Part shown: piece by piece, positions 22,410-36,777 of the stretch
How the letters are laid out: each line of letters opens with the position of its first letter
Numbering within the stretch: the stretch's first letter is position 1
Assembly: GCA_030390025.1 (NCBI GenBank)
Contig: CM059432.1
Coordinates: 97,962,001-98,026,000 of the forward strand
From: Squalus acanthias
Lineage: Eukaryota
Length of the DNA stretch: 64,000 bases
Reading direction: 5' to 3'
The notes under the pieces: generated by a model
The model's database searches: none
What the model saw: only the letters and a program-made list of their open reading frames with translations
What the model was told of the DNA's origin: nothing
Translations under genes and position numbers: made by a program

Positions 22410-25400
22410 TGTGATAGCTTGGGACACAGCATATATATACAACTGCACAACATGGCTTCCGGTAAGAACTGTACTGCCCATGTGCATTATTATTATATAC
22501 ATCAGTAGTCACCAGGTGGCTCTATTACACTTCCCCCTCCTTATTGAAGAAGTTAATCATAGCAAATAATCATTGTACATGACTTGCATGGTATACACAA
22601 TTCTTGGTATACATTTCTCAAATGGAACCCATTTTATGTTTCCAAATTCTACTATAGAATTCTGTAACACAAACAAAAGATATAAACTTATTTCCCATAT
22701 TTACAAATTAAACATAACCACTGGTTTTCTGTTTTGAAGAGGATACCTTCTTTCTTGAACAGAACTTTCAGATCTTGTTGTAGGACTTTGGCTCATTCTA
22801 GGCTGAGCCTGAGGAGAATTTTTCTCCAAGGGCTGACCTTGATCTACATTTGGACTCTTTACACTTTCAGACTGTTTGTCTGCCTGACTTGGGCTCAGAC
22901 TTAAATTCTGACTTTGTCTTGGATTTGTTTCTGGTACGTCTGATGTAGGATTTGCTTCTGGTTCTCTACTTGTAACAAGACTATCGGACTCATCAGAATA
23001 AATGGAATCATCCCAGCTTTCAACTCCTTCCACATCTGTAGGTAAGATATGATCAATGTGAACAAACCTAACCTTTCCATGATCAAACATCTTGACCAAA
23101 TATATGCGAGGGCCACATATCTTCACTACTCTTCCTAGTAACCACTTTAACCATTTATGGTGATGGTTCTTCACTCTAACCTTCTGGTTCAACGTCACAC
23201 TTCTCTCTCTAACTCTGCCTTTATCATGACTCTCTTTCTGCTTTGATTGTTTCTCTTCTACGAACTGTGCAAAGTTTGGCTTTAACAACGAGAACCTGGT
23301 TTGTGGCTGTCGTTTGAGAAACAACTCTGCTGGTTTCCTACCAGTAGTGGTATGAAGAGTATTCCGATAGGTAATCAGAAAATTTGCCAGTTTGTGGTCC
23401 AATGACAACTGACGTTTCTTTGGATTTGGATCCAACATTTGCTTGATGAGGGCACGTTTGACAATTTGTACTGTGCGCTCTGCTGCACCATTTCAAGCAG
23501 GGTGGTGCTGTGGAACCTTGGTATGTTTCACACTGTTTCTGCTCATGAACTGTGTGAACTCTTCTGAACAAAATTGCGGCCCATTATCAGACACAATTTC
23601 TTCTGAGAGGCCGTATGGAGAAAACAATCTTCACAAATTGTCTAGTGTTTTGCTTGTTGTTATTATCCGCATCGGAAACACCTCTACCCACTTCGAGTGA
23701 CTATCTATCACTATGAACAATTGCTGTCCTTCTAGCTCAACAAAATCTACATATAACCTTTGCCACACTCTGGGAGGCCATTTCCATGGCTGTAATGGTA
23801 CTGATGGTGGTTTCTTGCTCACCGATTGACATGTTGTACACTGACTGACTATGTACTCTATCTCTTTATCTGAACCTGGCCATCATAAGTAACTGCGTAC
23901 AAAACTCTTGGTCAAGCACATTCCCAGGTGCTGGTCATGAAGATCTCCTTACAATTTAGACCTGAACCTATCTGGGATAACCACTCTTCCTCCCCACATG
24001 ATACAATCTTTATCCACTGACAATTCATTCCTATGAACGAAGTATGGATGGATATCTTGCTCTGATACCTGGTTTGGCCATCCATTTGCTATGTAATCAT
24101 ACACCTTTGACATGATTGGGTCATGTTTGGTTGCCCTACCAATCTCTTCAGTTGTGACTGGCAGCTCATCAATGTATGAGCAATAGAACACTTCTTCCTT
24201 ATTGGGTGTAACTTGTGATGGGGATGGCAATCTGGACATAGCATCAGCATTACTGTGATCAGCTGATCAGCTGTACTCAATGTCATACATATACGCTGAG
24301 AAAATCAAAGCCCATCTCTGCATTTGGGCTGCAGCTAAGGTTGGAACTGGGGACTTTTGATAGAGGATTGCTGTCAGGGGCTTATGGTCTGTAACTGAGG
24401 TAAACTTACGACCAAACAAGTATTTGTGAAACTTCTTGACCCCAAAAATCAATGACAAAGTTTCCCTTTCGATCTGCGCATAATTCCGCTCACTGGCACT
24501 GAGAGTGTGTGAAGCAAAAGCAATTGGTCTCTCCTCCCCACTATCTAGTACATGAGAGATCACTGCCCCATCTCCGTACGGACACGCTAGCTTGATCTCC
24601 TTAGATACATCATGGTGAACTAACATGGTAGTCTCCACTAATTGGCTTTTACACTCTTTGAATGCTGTGTCGCAATCTTTTGACCACTTCCAAGGGACCT
24701 GTTTTCTCACCAGCTCATTCAGTGGCTGTAACAATGTAGCCAAGTTTGGAAGGAACTTTCTGTAATAATTCAAAAGACCCAAAAATGATCGAAGTTCAGA
24801 GACATTCTTGGGAATGGGTGCATTTCTGATTGCATCCAGCTTTCCCTTGGTTGGATGTAAACCAACTTTGTCTACTCTGTGCACTAAGTACTCCACTGAG
24901 ATTTGAAACAACTCACACTTGTGAGCTGTCACTCATACTCCGTTCTTCTCTAGCAGTTTGAGCACTTCATTCAACACCTCATCATAGATTTGCCTGTTTG
25001 GTGCTGAAATGAGTATGTCATCCAAATAACACACTACCCCTTCAATCCCTTGCAAAATTTGTTCATCACCCCCTGGAATATGTCGGGGGTGGAAGACACT
25101 CCAAATGGAAGCCTATTGAACTGATATAGGCCTAGGTGAGTATTTATAGTCAAGCATGACTTGGACTCTTCATCTAACTCAAGTTGTAGGTAGGCGTTTG
25201 TTAGGTCTAACTTCGAAAAGATCTGGCCACCTGTCAGTGTTGTGAAGAAATCTTCTACATTTGGCAATGTATTGGATAGATTACACTCTAGAACCTGGTT
25301 TACGGTTACCTTATAATCACTACACAACCTTACCTTACCATCTGACTTAGGTACAACAACAATGGGTGTAGCCCAATTACTCAGATCTACCTTAGAGAAA

Positions 25401-28400
25401 ATGTTCTCAGTTTCTAGTCTTTTGAGTTCTTGCTCAACTTTCTCCTTGAGTGCATATGGTATGGGACATGGCTTGTAGTAAACTGGTCTTGCGTCCTTCT
25501 GCACTCTGACACTCGCCTTGAAGACTTGGATCGGACTGCCTGTTTTGCTGAACACCTTCGGATACTGCTTGATGACATCATCTTCCGATGCAAATTTCGC
25601 TTCCACACGAAAAATCGCATTCAGTGGGATCGCTTCAGTGATCCCAACCAATTTTTACCTATCAAGGCAGGCTTGTCTCCTGCCACTACTATGAGAGGCA
25701 AGCTCTGACATTGATCCTTGTAATTCACTGGCATGGTGACACTTCCTACTACAGGGATTTGCTCTCCTGAGTAGCCTCGCAGCTCCACCTTTGATTTCTC
25801 TAGTCGATAATCACGCAACTTGTCGCGATATAGTGATTCTGGTAATACGCTCATGGATGCACCAGTGTCAATTTCAATGGGTATCCTGGTTCCTGCGACA
25901 TCTACTTGGATGACAATAACTTGCGAATTGCTGTTAGATACCTTCGTGCTCCTGATGACGTGAATCTCCAGAAACTCCTCGTCCTGCTGCTGCTCTGCAA
26001 CGGTATATAGTGTCTGGGGATTTCTATCTTCGAGCATTGCTAGTCGGTTTACTCTTCTGTGGGCACGCTTTTGCAAGATGCCCAGTTTTCTTGCAGTTGA
26101 AACACTCTGCCTTCACATATGGACAGCTTTGAGCAATGTGTTGTCCCAGGCACCGATAGCACGACTTCAATGTACTGTTACCATGACCAGTTGCTGAGAC
26201 CTTGGGGCCCAACTGCCTTTTACATTTAGCCTGCAGCTGATTCACTTTGTTTGTCTGATGACTGGAAATGGCGCGAACCTCTTGGTTGGCCATATCCATC
26301 GACATAACTGTCTGACAAGCTAAGTCAAAAGTCAAGTTAGGGGTTGTCAACAATTTACTTCTATTACGTTCATTTTTCAATCCACAAACAAAGTGGTCAT
26401 GCAAAGCTTAGTCCTGAAAGTTTCCGAAATGACAGTGAATGGATAGCTTTTTTAAAGCTGCAATGCACTCACTGATACCCTCGTCATTTAATTGATCGCG
26501 TTGTGGCGGATCGCCACCTAAACGGGCGCATTCCACTTTTCCGTCCGTGGACAATAAATCGGCACCTTGCCTTTAAGGCGCATGCTGCCTTTAAGGCATG
26601 AAAAAAGGAGTGGGCGTCGCCCTCAGTGTGAACTTAAAAAGAGCGGGCGTCGCCCTCAACCAGTAGGGTTTTGCAGAGAGAAGTTGCAGCAGCCATTTTT
26701 GCAAAGGAGTATGTAATTAAAAGCCATGTGCTCCACATATTGACTCGGCCTCAATTCGTGTTTCGCGGCAGCCACAACATTGGTGACCTCGACGCTCAGA
26801 ACGTATTCCGAGCACTGCGATGGCGGACACGAACGCAGTTTCCGTGAAACTGCCGGAGTTTTGGGAAAACCAGCCCGAAGCCTGGTTCCTCCAAGCCAAG
26901 TCCTGATTCCGGCTGCGACACATCACCACAGATGGGACAAAGTATGACTACCTCGTCACATCACTCGGTAGCTCCACAGTTACGAAGGTCTGGACAGCGC
27001 TGCAGAACCCACCAGAGGAGGGCAAGTATGCACATCTTAAGGCCGCGCTCCTTAAAAAATTTACGGCCTCGACATACCAGCGAAACTGCCACCTCCTCGA
27101 CCTTCCAGGCCTCGGTGATGCCTCACCGTCAGATCTCCTCTCCCACATGCTCTCCCTCACCGACGAGAGCCCACCCGGATCGCTCTTCCGCACGCTGTTC
27201 ATCCGCCAGCTCCCTCTCAGCATCCGCCCAGCGATCGTGGCGTCCGGCCTCACGGACCTGGAACCCCTGGCCGATGAGGCCGACAAGCTGCTGTCCGCTC
27301 ACTCCAGCCGCGACGTCACTCCGGACCTGGCAGCCACTGCCTGGGCGCGCCCCTCACCGGCCACCACGCGGCCACAAGGCCCAGCCACCGGGCTCACGGG
27401 GCCTTCGCGCCCCACTAACCCGGGCCACTGTTACGACCATACACGGTTCGGCGCCAGGGCACAACAGTGCACATCTCCCTGCTCTTTCAAGTCCGCCCCC
27501 GTACCAGCCCTTGCGATGGCCGTGGGCCACGCGGGCTCCCTGCTGTACGTCACGGATGACAAAACCGGCCGCCGGTTCCTGTGCGACACTGGAGCTCAGC
27601 ACAGCATCATCCCGGCCTCTGCCCTCGACATCCAAAAGGGCAAACGAGGACCGGCGCTGACTGCTGCTAATGGCTCGGACATCCCGACGTACGGCACCCG
27701 CACAGTCACCCTCGACCTCGCTGGTCGCCGCTACCGATGGGAGTTCATCACTGCCAAGGTGCTCTCCCCTCTCATCGGCGCAGATTTCCTGTGCGCCCAT
27801 GGCCTACTGGTAGACATCCCTCGACACCGCCTCGTGGACATGAACACCATGTCCCCCATCCTGGGTGCCATGGCCCTCCGTCAACCCGCCGACATGGCGT
27901 CACAGTGCCACGCCCGGGCCATGGATGACTACTCGGCACACCTGGCCGAATTCCCAGCCCTTACTAATCCGACCTTCTCCGCGGAGGCGGCCAAACACGG
28001 GGTGGAACACTTCATCCCCACCAGAGGCCCCCCAGTGTACGCCCACGCCCGCAGGCTGGACCCGGCCAAACTGGAGATCGCGCGGACCAAGTTTGCCACC
28101 ATGGAACAGCTCGGCATCATCCGCCGCTTCAACAGTCCCTGGGCCTCCCCACTCCACATCGCCCCCAAACCAGGCGGGGGTTGGCGCCCCTGCGGGGATT
28201 ACCGCCGCCTCAACGACGTCACCACCCCTGATCGGTACCCCGTGCCACACATCCAGGACTTCTCGGCTAGACTGGCCGGCTGCTCAGTCTTTTCCAAGGT
28301 CGACCTGGTGCGCGGCTACCACCAAGTCCCCGTCCACCCTGCGGACGTCCCCAAGACGGCCGTAATCACCCCCTTCGGCCTTTTCGAGTTCCTGCGGATG

Positions 28401-31400
28401 CCCTTCGGCCACAAAAACGCAGCCCAGGCATTCCAACGGCTCATGGACTCGGTCCTTCGGGACCTGAAGTTCCTGTTTGTCTACCTGGACGACATCCTGG
28501 TAGCCAGTTCCTCCAAGCAGGAACACCTCGAACACCTTCGCATCCTGTTCGGGCGCCTCAGCGACCACGGGCTCATCCTCAGCCCAGCCAAATGCCAGTT
28601 CGGCCTGGACAAGATCGACTTCCTCAGCCACCACATCACCCATGCTGGGGCCATTCCCCTGCCCACCAAGGTGTAGGCCATCCAACAATTTCCCCGCCCC
28701 ACCACCATCAAAGGCCTCCAGGAGTTCCTCAGGATGGTGAATTTCTATAACCGCTTCATTCCCAAAGCGGCGTCCCTCATGAGGCCCCTGTATGAAGCCC
28801 TCCGGGGCAGGAGCGGCAAGATGGCGGTCGAATGGACGGCAGACCCTTCAGCCGCCTTCGATTCCACCAAGACCGCGCTCGCCAATGCCACCCTGCTCGT
28901 GCACCCACGGCCCAATGCCAGGGTAGCGCTCACCACGGACCACTCCGACCACGCGGTCGGCGCCGTGTATGAACAGTGGGTCGATGGCGCCTGGCAGCCA
29001 CTTGCCTTCTTCAGCCGCCAACTACGCCCCCTGGAGGTCAAGTACAGCACCTTCGACCGCGAGCTCCTCGTGCTGTTCCTGGCGGTCCGCCATTTTCGGT
29101 GTTTGCTGGAGGGCCACCCCTTCACTGCGTTTGTCGACCACAAACCCCTGACATTCGCAATGGCAAAGACAACCGACCCCTGGTCCGCCAGGCAGCAGCG
29201 CCAGCTCGCGGCAGTGTCCGAGTTCACTACGGACATCCAACACGTCTCCGGCCGAGACAATGTAGTAGCCGACTGCCTCTCCCGCCCCGCCATCCACGCC
29301 GCACACCTGGCAGTCGACTACGCTCAACTCGCAGCAGACCAGATCACCGACCCTGATCTGCTCTCCGCACCTACCAACCTACCAGGGCTACGCCTGGCCG
29401 ACGTCGCCTGTGGCGCGACCGCAGTCACGGTCAAGTGCGACATATCCCTATGTCAACCTCGGCCCGTCGTCCCAGCGTCCTGGCGCCGCCGGGTATTCGA
29501 GATTCTCCACAACCTCTCCCACCCCTGGCGCCCGCGCATCCATCAAATTGGTAGCCAACCGCTTTGTCTGGCGCGGCCTTCGCAAGGATGTGCGTACTTG
29601 GGCCAACTCCTGCCTAGCCTGCCAACGGGCAAAGGTGCAGGAACACACGAAAGCACCCCTCGAGGAGTTTACCGTCCCCTCGCGGAGATTCGACCACATC
29701 CACGTGGACATCGTCGGGCCCCTGCTGCCGTCGCAAGGCCACACGCACTTGCTGACCATCGTTGACCGCACCACACGCTGGCCTGAGGCAATTCCACTGA
29801 CCTCTACCACCACCGCCGACATCGCCAGAGCCTTCGTCAGCACCTGGGTCGCACGGTTCGGCGTCCCCCCGACATGACGTCGGACAGAGGTCCGCAATTT
29901 ACCTCTGAACTCTGGACCGCCGTTGCACGCAATCTCGGGGTGACCATTCACCGCACCACAGCGTACCACCCCCAAGCCAACGGACTGTGTGAGCGGTTCC
30001 ACAGATCCTTGAAGGCATCTCTTCGAGCCAGCCTCCAGGACGGCGCCTGGACCGACCGACTTCCGTGGGTCCTCCTCGGCCTGCGCATCGCGGTTAAAGA
30101 AGACCCCCACACATCAGCAGCAGAGCTTGTGTACGGTCAGCCGCTGCGCGTACCCGGCGAGTTCCTGCCCACCGCCACGACACCCTGGTCAGCCGACCAG
30201 CAACGCCACGACTTCGCCTCACTGGCGCTACAGTTCGCCCCGGTGCCCATTGCCCGACACGGCGAATCCACCTCACACATCCCACTAAGCCTGCACCAGG
30301 CATGGTTCATTTTCGTCCGGCATGATGCCCACCGCGGACCCCTTCAACCCCCGTATGACGGGCCCTACAAGGTGCTACAGGCTGGGGACAAATTTTTCAC
30401 CCTGCAAGTGGGCGACAGGACCGAAAAAGTGTCGGTTGACCGACTCAAGCCAGCACACTCGGAGCCAGGTGAGCAGGTCCCTGTAGCTCGTCCATCACCA
30501 CGCGGCCGACCTGCCCTCAACCCAGTTCACCCGGCTGCTCCAGGCCCGGCCGTTGCACGTCCAGCGGCGTCCTACAAGAGTCGCTCCGGCCGGCCCATCA
30601 GACCGCCGCACCGTCTCGTCCACACCTCCTATGCGGATTCTGGGGGGAGCTGTGTGGCGGATCGCCACCTAAACGGGCGCAATCCACTTTTCCGTCCGTG
30701 GACAATAAATCGGGCACCTTGCCTTGAAGGCGCATGCTGCCTTTAAGGCATGTAAAAAGAAGTGGGCGTCGCCCTCAGTGTGAACTTAAAAAGAGCGGGC
30801 GTCGCCCTCAACCAGTAGGGTTTTGCAGAGAGAAGTTGTAGCAGCCATTTTTGCCAAGGAGTATGTAATTAAAAGCCATGTGCTCCACATATTGACTCGG
30901 CCTCAATTCGTGCTTCGCAGCAGCCACAACAGCGTATTCCAAAACGATAACTTTCAGCAATTTCCAGGGGCTCAGGGCTATAGTGCTGTAGAATCTCCGT
31001 CAGTGGCATGTCCTTTGGGTTTGGCGTGAACAAGCAAATTTTTCAGGCTTTCATACACCTTTGACTGCCTGCTTCAGTCAAAAAAATAGCCCGTTTCCTT
31101 TCTAAAACCGCCCGGTTACAATCTAAATCATCGGGGACTTCAACAATACTATTCACAGTGAAAAACATTTCTAGCCGCTCCACATATGCTCTGAAAGTCT
31201 CTCAGTCACGATGGAACTCACCCAAGCACCCTATTATTCCCATAGGCGCAGCCATCTGGACTCTGGCAACGTCGACAGTTCAACCACGTGTACTCGAAAT
31301 TACCTCGGATTTTTAAGTTTTTTATGCAAAGCGAAGAACATCTAACAGTCCCTCCATCGGTTGACAGGATTATCCTCCAACAAAAATTTCAGCTAGGGAA

Positions 31401-31534
31401 TCCGCAATCCCATCCTCGTCGCCAATTCTGTGATATCTTGGGACACAACTGCACAACATGGCTTCCGGTAAAAACAGTACTGCACATGTGCTTTATTATT
31501 ATATACATCAGTAGTCACCAATAGCACTATTACA
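22410..31534 (-). mobile_element. Degenerate Ty3/Gypsy retrotransposon (Mag-like) with short LTRs
   Basis: LTRs 22410-22529 and 31429-31534 (TG..CA); TSD ATCAC/GTCAC; PBS 31406-31424 matching the tRNA-Ser(GCT) 3' end; PPT 22530-22542; two CCHC knuckles, IDTGAS, RT, RNase H and IN fragments. Confidence 0.9.
26502..30931 (+). mobile_element. GC-rich Ty3/Gypsy retrotransposon (CsRn1-like) nested in the gag of the Mag-like element
   Basis: LTRs 26502-26779 and 30653-30931 (~9 differences); TSD GCGT; PBS TGGTGACCTCGACG (tRNA-Trp-like); PPT GGGGGGAG; gag from ATG 26820 (AVSVKLPEFW) with CHCC motif CYDH-x9-C-x3-C; DTGA; YLDD; IN; several stops and frameshifts. Confidence 0.92.
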
Positions 31535-31584
31535 GTCACCCTCCAGGATTATCTTTCCCAGAAAAAAAGCCACAACCTGTTCCA

Positions 31585-32000
31585 ATTTTTTCTGCGCTTT
31601 AAGAGCTGAAGACGACTATTTTGGAATTATTTTCAATGTTTTTTTTTCAGAAGGCAGTTGAGCTCTAAGGGCTAAAGACTGCCTATTTTTAAATGTTTTT
31701 TATTTTTTTCATTTAAGAAGTCAGTTCCCCCTTAAGGGCTCAAGATTGCTTTCTCAATTAACAGCCTAGCTTTAAGACAACGCTGCCTTGCTCCAGGGAC
31801 GTTATGGCCATGCTACATTGGGCCACCTGCTGAGCATACTGCCTGAAACAGCGCATTGCACGGTAGGTTCTGCACTCCGATCAATTAAATCAGCAGGCAG
31901 TACCAAAATAACAGTGCTGCCTGCGCTCTTTTTATGGGCTGGAGTTTACCGCGCCCTGCAATGGCACCGGCCGTTTTCCTGCACTATCGGATTTCTGGGC
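31585..32000 (-). mobile_element. Harbinger-derived end fragment related to 61112-61510
   Basis: Reverse-complement similarity (AGCCCTTAAGGGG, GGCAGTC..TAGCCCTTA.AGCTCAACTGCCTTCTGA) and terminal GATTTCTGGGCC. Confidence 0.55.
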
Positions 32001-32476
32001 CTTATTGAAGTATTTGGCCTTCCTATGCCTCCTACCAAAATGCACCACATCACACCTATCTATATTGAAATTTATTTGCCATTTACATGCCTATTCTGCA
32101 AGTTTATTAATGTCTTCTGGTATTTTGATACGAGCATTTGTCCCATTTTTCCATAGGAGAAGATTTGCCCAACAACTGCCCAGCAATTGCCCACGAAACT
32201 CTTACAGCTGGTAAAAGCAGGCTCTTTCATCAGTGTAAGGGTTATTATAAATCTTAAATTTAAAATTAAAAAATAAAAAATGATGCACAAACACTTAAAA
32301 TTAGTTGATGCAAATATTGGCCCGGATTAAAATATATAAAATTATTTTTCAAAAAATTAAATTTTTATTGTATTTTTTGTAATGAACACACGAATTAGGA
32401 GCAGGAGTAGGTCACTTGGCCCCTCGAGCCTGCTCTGCCATTCAATAAGATCATGGCTGATCTGATTACTCCACAT

Positions 32477-32610
32477 TGGGTGGAGCAACAGCGGCGAGGC
32501 GGCGGCGGTAAAAGGCGGCAGCGACCAGGTAGGCCCACAGAGGCGGCGGACCTGGGTGGAGCAACAGCGGCGAGGCGGCGGCGGTAAAAGGCGGCAGCGA
32601 CCAGGTAGGC
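32477..32610 (+). repeat. Tandem duplication in the CR1 5' UTR (58 bp identical, period 76)
   Basis: TGGGTGGAGCAACAGCGGCGAGG...CCAGGTAGGC at 32477 and 32553. Confidence 0.9.
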
Positions 32611-32825
32611 TTTCACCAAGCCAAGAGCAGGAGAGAGGTAAAAAATAATCGAAGTGTGACGTCACCAGAAAGCAGGTAAGTGATTGGTTGGTGAGTATTT
32701 CTCTTTTTTTTGTACAAAACTTCAATTCCATAGTTTATAGTTTCTCGGGTATCTGTGGTGTAGCGGAGACTGCTGGCATAAATTAACTGAAGGGTAAATA
32801 ATAAATTTATAATTAATTACATAGA

Positions 32826-33781
32826 ATGGGAGAGCAGGTGATGTGTTACTGCTGCAATATGTGGGAGCTGGTGGACACCATTGATGTTCACGGTGAACAC
32901 ATTTGCAGTAAGTGTTGGCTGCTCGAGGAACTCCGGCTCCGTGTTGATGAGCTGGAGTCCGAGCTTCAAACACTGCGACACATCAGGGAGGGGGAGAGTT
33001 ACCTGGACTCCGTGTTTCAGGAGGTAGTCACACCAATTAGAGTAACTAATTCAGAAGTAGCCCGTGGTCAGGGACAGGAAGGTGTGACTACGAGTGAGGC
33101 AGGTACAGGGATCCAGGAGGTAGTGTTGGAGGAGCCGCAGCCCTTGCTCTTGTCCAACAGGTTCGAGGCTCTTACTCCCTGTGTGGATAGGAGCGGGGAC
33201 TGCAGGGAGGATGAGCAACCTGGCCACAGCACCGTGGTAAGGGGACCATTCAAGTGGGGGGAGTAAAAAGAAATGTTGTAGTGGTAGGGGATAGTATCAT
33301 TAGGGGGATAGATAGGGTTCTTTGCAGCCAAGAGCGAGAGTCCCGAAGGCTGTGTTGCCTGCCCGGTGCCAGGGTTAAGGACATCTCCTCTGGGCTGGAG
33401 AGAAACTTGGAGTGGGAGGGGGAGGATCCAGTTGTCGTGGTCCATGTTGGTACCAATGACATAGATAGGACAAGGAAAGAGGTTCTGCTGAGGGAGTTTG
33501 AGCAGCTAGGGGCCAAATTAAAAAGCAGAACCTCGAGGGTAATAATCTCTGGATTACTACCTGAGCCACGAGCAAATTTGGCTAGGGTAAATAAAATCAG
33601 GGAGTTGAATGCGTGGCTCAAAGACTGGTGTGGGAAAAATGGGTTTTGCTTCTTGGGACACTGGCACCAGTACTGGGGCAGGAGAGAGCTGTTCCGTTGG
33701 GACGGACTTCACTTGGCCAGTGCTGGGACTAGTGTCCTGGCGAATCGAATAACTAGGGCTGTGGAGAGGGCTTTAAACTAA
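32826..33781 (+). pseudogene. CR1 ORF1 (zinc finger/leucine zipper plus SGNH esterase), frameshift near 33250
   Basis: CYCCNMW..CSKC..LEELRLRV..LE; VVGDSIIRG; HVGTND; DGLHL. Confidence 0.85.
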
Positions 33782-33818
33782 TTAGTGGGGGGAGGTTTCA
33801 AGAGAGCAAAAAATAAAA

Positions 33819-36777
33819 ATGACAACAGAGAGGGTCATAGACATAGGTAGCAGTAGGGGAATCACAAATCAGAGCGTGGCAGGAAGGGACAGAGTGTGTG
33901 GAGCAAAAGGTAAAGTGGTAAAAAGTGAAAAAGCAGGAACTAAGTGCCACAAAGCATATTTGAAAGTTCTCTATCTGAATGCACGTAGCATTCGTAACAA
34001 AATAGACGAGTTAATGGCACAAATAACTACATATGGTTATGATATTGTGGCCATTACAGAAACATGGCTGCAGGGTGACAATGCCTGGGAATTAAACATA
34101 CCAGGTTATTTAACGATCAGGAAGGACAGGCAGGAAGGAAGGGGAGGTGGGGTGGCTATGTTAATAAAGGAAGGAATCACTGTAATACAGAGAAATGATA
34201 TTGGGTCAAAAAATCATGATAATGAAACAGTTTGGGTGGAGATAAGGAATAATAAGGGGAAAAAAACACTAGTGGGCGTAGTCTATAGGCCTCCGAAGAG
34301 TTGCAACTCTGTTGGACGGAGTATCAATCAGGAAATAGTTGCGGCATGTAATAAGGGAACATCTATAATTATGGGGGATTTTAACTATCATATTAATTGG
34401 ACAAATCAAATGGGGCAGGGCTGCCTTGAGGATGAGTTCATTGAGTGTATTAGGGATGGGTTTCTTGAGCAGTATGTAACTGAACCGACCAGGGGGCAAG
34501 CAACCTTAGATCTGGTCCTGTGTAACGAAATTGAGAGCAGGATTAATTAAAAATGTCCTAGTAAAGGATCCCCTTGGAATGAGTGACCATAACATGGTTG
34601 AATTCCATATTCAATTAGAGGGTGAGAAGGTTGGATCTCAAACAAGCGTGCTAAGCTTGAATAAAGGAGACTATGAAGGTATGCGAGCGGAATTGAGTAG
34701 AGTGGATTGGGAAAATAGATTAAAGGGTAAGACGACACATGATCAGTGGTGTACATTCAAGGAGTTATTTTACAACTTCCAAAAAAAATATATTCCACTG
34801 AAAAGAAAAGGGTGTAAAAGAAAGGACAGTCATCCGTGGCTAAGTAAAGAAATTAAGGATAGTATTCGGCTAAAAACAAGGGCATATAAGGTAGCGAAAT
34901 CTAGTGGGAGGACAGAGGATTGGGAAAACTTTAAAAGGCAGCAAAAAATAACAAAAAGATTGATTAAGAAAGGGAAGATAGATTATGAAAGTAAATTATC
35001 AAAAAATATAAAAACAGATAGTAAGAGTTTTTATAGTTATATAAAAAGAAAAAGGGTGGCTAAAGTAAATGTTGGTCCCTTAGAGGATGAGACCGGGAAA
35101 TTAATGGTGGGAAATATGGAGATGGCAAAAACACTGAATGAATATTTTGTATCAGTCTTTACAGTAGAGGACACTAAGAATATCCCAACACTGGACACAC
35201 AGGGGGCTATAGGGGGAGAGGAGCTAAACACGATCAAAATCACTAAGGAAGTGGTACTCGGTAAAATAATGGGACTCAAGGCGGATAAATCACCTGGACC
35301 TGATGGCTTACATCCTAGAGTCTTGAAGGAAGTGGCGGTAGGGATTGTAGATGCATTGGTAATAATTTTTCAAAACTCCCTGGATTCCGCTAAGTTCCCG
35401 GCAGACTGGAAAACTGCTAATGTAACACCCTTATTTAAAAAGGGCAGTAGACAGAAGGCTGGTAACTATAGACCGGTTAGCCTAACATCTGTGGTAGGTA
35501 AAATTTTGGAGTCCATTATTAAGGAAACAGTAACAGGACATTTGGATAATCATAATTTAATAGGACAAAGTCAGCATGGTTTTACGAAGGGGAAGTCATG
35601 TTTGACAAATTTGCTGGAGTTCTTTGAGGAAGTAACATACAGAGTGGATAAAGGGGAACCAGTGGACGTAGTGTATTTAGACTTCCAAAAGGCATTTGAC
35701 AAGGTGCCACACAAAAGATTATTGCTTAAGGTAAGAAATCACGGGATTGGGGGTAATATTCTGGCATGGATAGAGGATTGGCTATCTAACAGAAAGCAAA
35801 GAGTTGGGATAAATGGTTCATTCTCAGACTGGCAATCAGTAACTAGTGGTGTTCCACAGGGGTCAGTGCTGGGTCCCCAACTCTTTACAATCTATATTAA
35901 CGATTTGGAGGAAGGGACCAAGTGTAACATATCAAAATTTGCAGATGATACAAAGATGGGAGGGAAAGTAGTGAGTGAGGAGGACATAAAAAACCTGCAA
36001 GGGGACATAGACAGGCTAAGTAAGTGGGCAGAGATTTGGCACATGGAATACAACACTGGAAAGTGTGAGGTGATGCACTTTGGCAGGAAAAATCCTAGAG
36101 CAATTTATTATCTTAATGGCAAGAAACTGGAGAGTACTGAAGTGCAAAGGGATCTGGGGGTCCTGGTGCACGAAACTCAAAAGGTTAGTATGCAGGTGCA
36201 GCAAGTGATTAAGAAGGCAAATGGAATGTTGGCTTTCATTGCTAGGGGGATAGAATATAAAAATAGGGAGGTATTGCTTCAGTTGTACAAGGTATTGGTG
36301 AGACCGCACCTGGAATACTGCATACAGTTTTGGTGTCCTTACTTAAGGAAAGACATCCTTGCTCTCGAGGCAGTGCAAAAAAGGTTCACTCGGTTAATCC
36401 CGGGGATGAGGGGGTGGTCATATGAGGAGAGGTTGGGTAGATTGGGACTCTACTCATTGGAGTTCAGAAGAATGAGAGGCGATCTTATTGAAACATATAA
36501 GATTGTGAAGGGGTTGGATCGGGTGGATGCGGGGAGGATGTTCCCGATGACGGGTGAGACTAGAACTAGGGGACATAGTCTTAGAATAAGGGGCTGCTCT
36601 TTCAAAACTGAGATGAGGAGGAACTACTTCACTCAGAGGGTGGTAGGTCCATGGAATATGCTGCCACAAAAAGCTGTAGAAGCTACATCATTAAATAAAT
36701 TTAAAACAGAAATAGACAGTTTCCTAGAAGTAAAGGGCATTAAGGGTTACGGGGAGCGGGCAGGAATTTGGACATGA
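33819..36777 (+). pseudogene. CR1 ORF2 (AP endonuclease plus RT), frameshift near 34535
   Basis: [51 protein letters not shown]. Confidence 0.9.
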
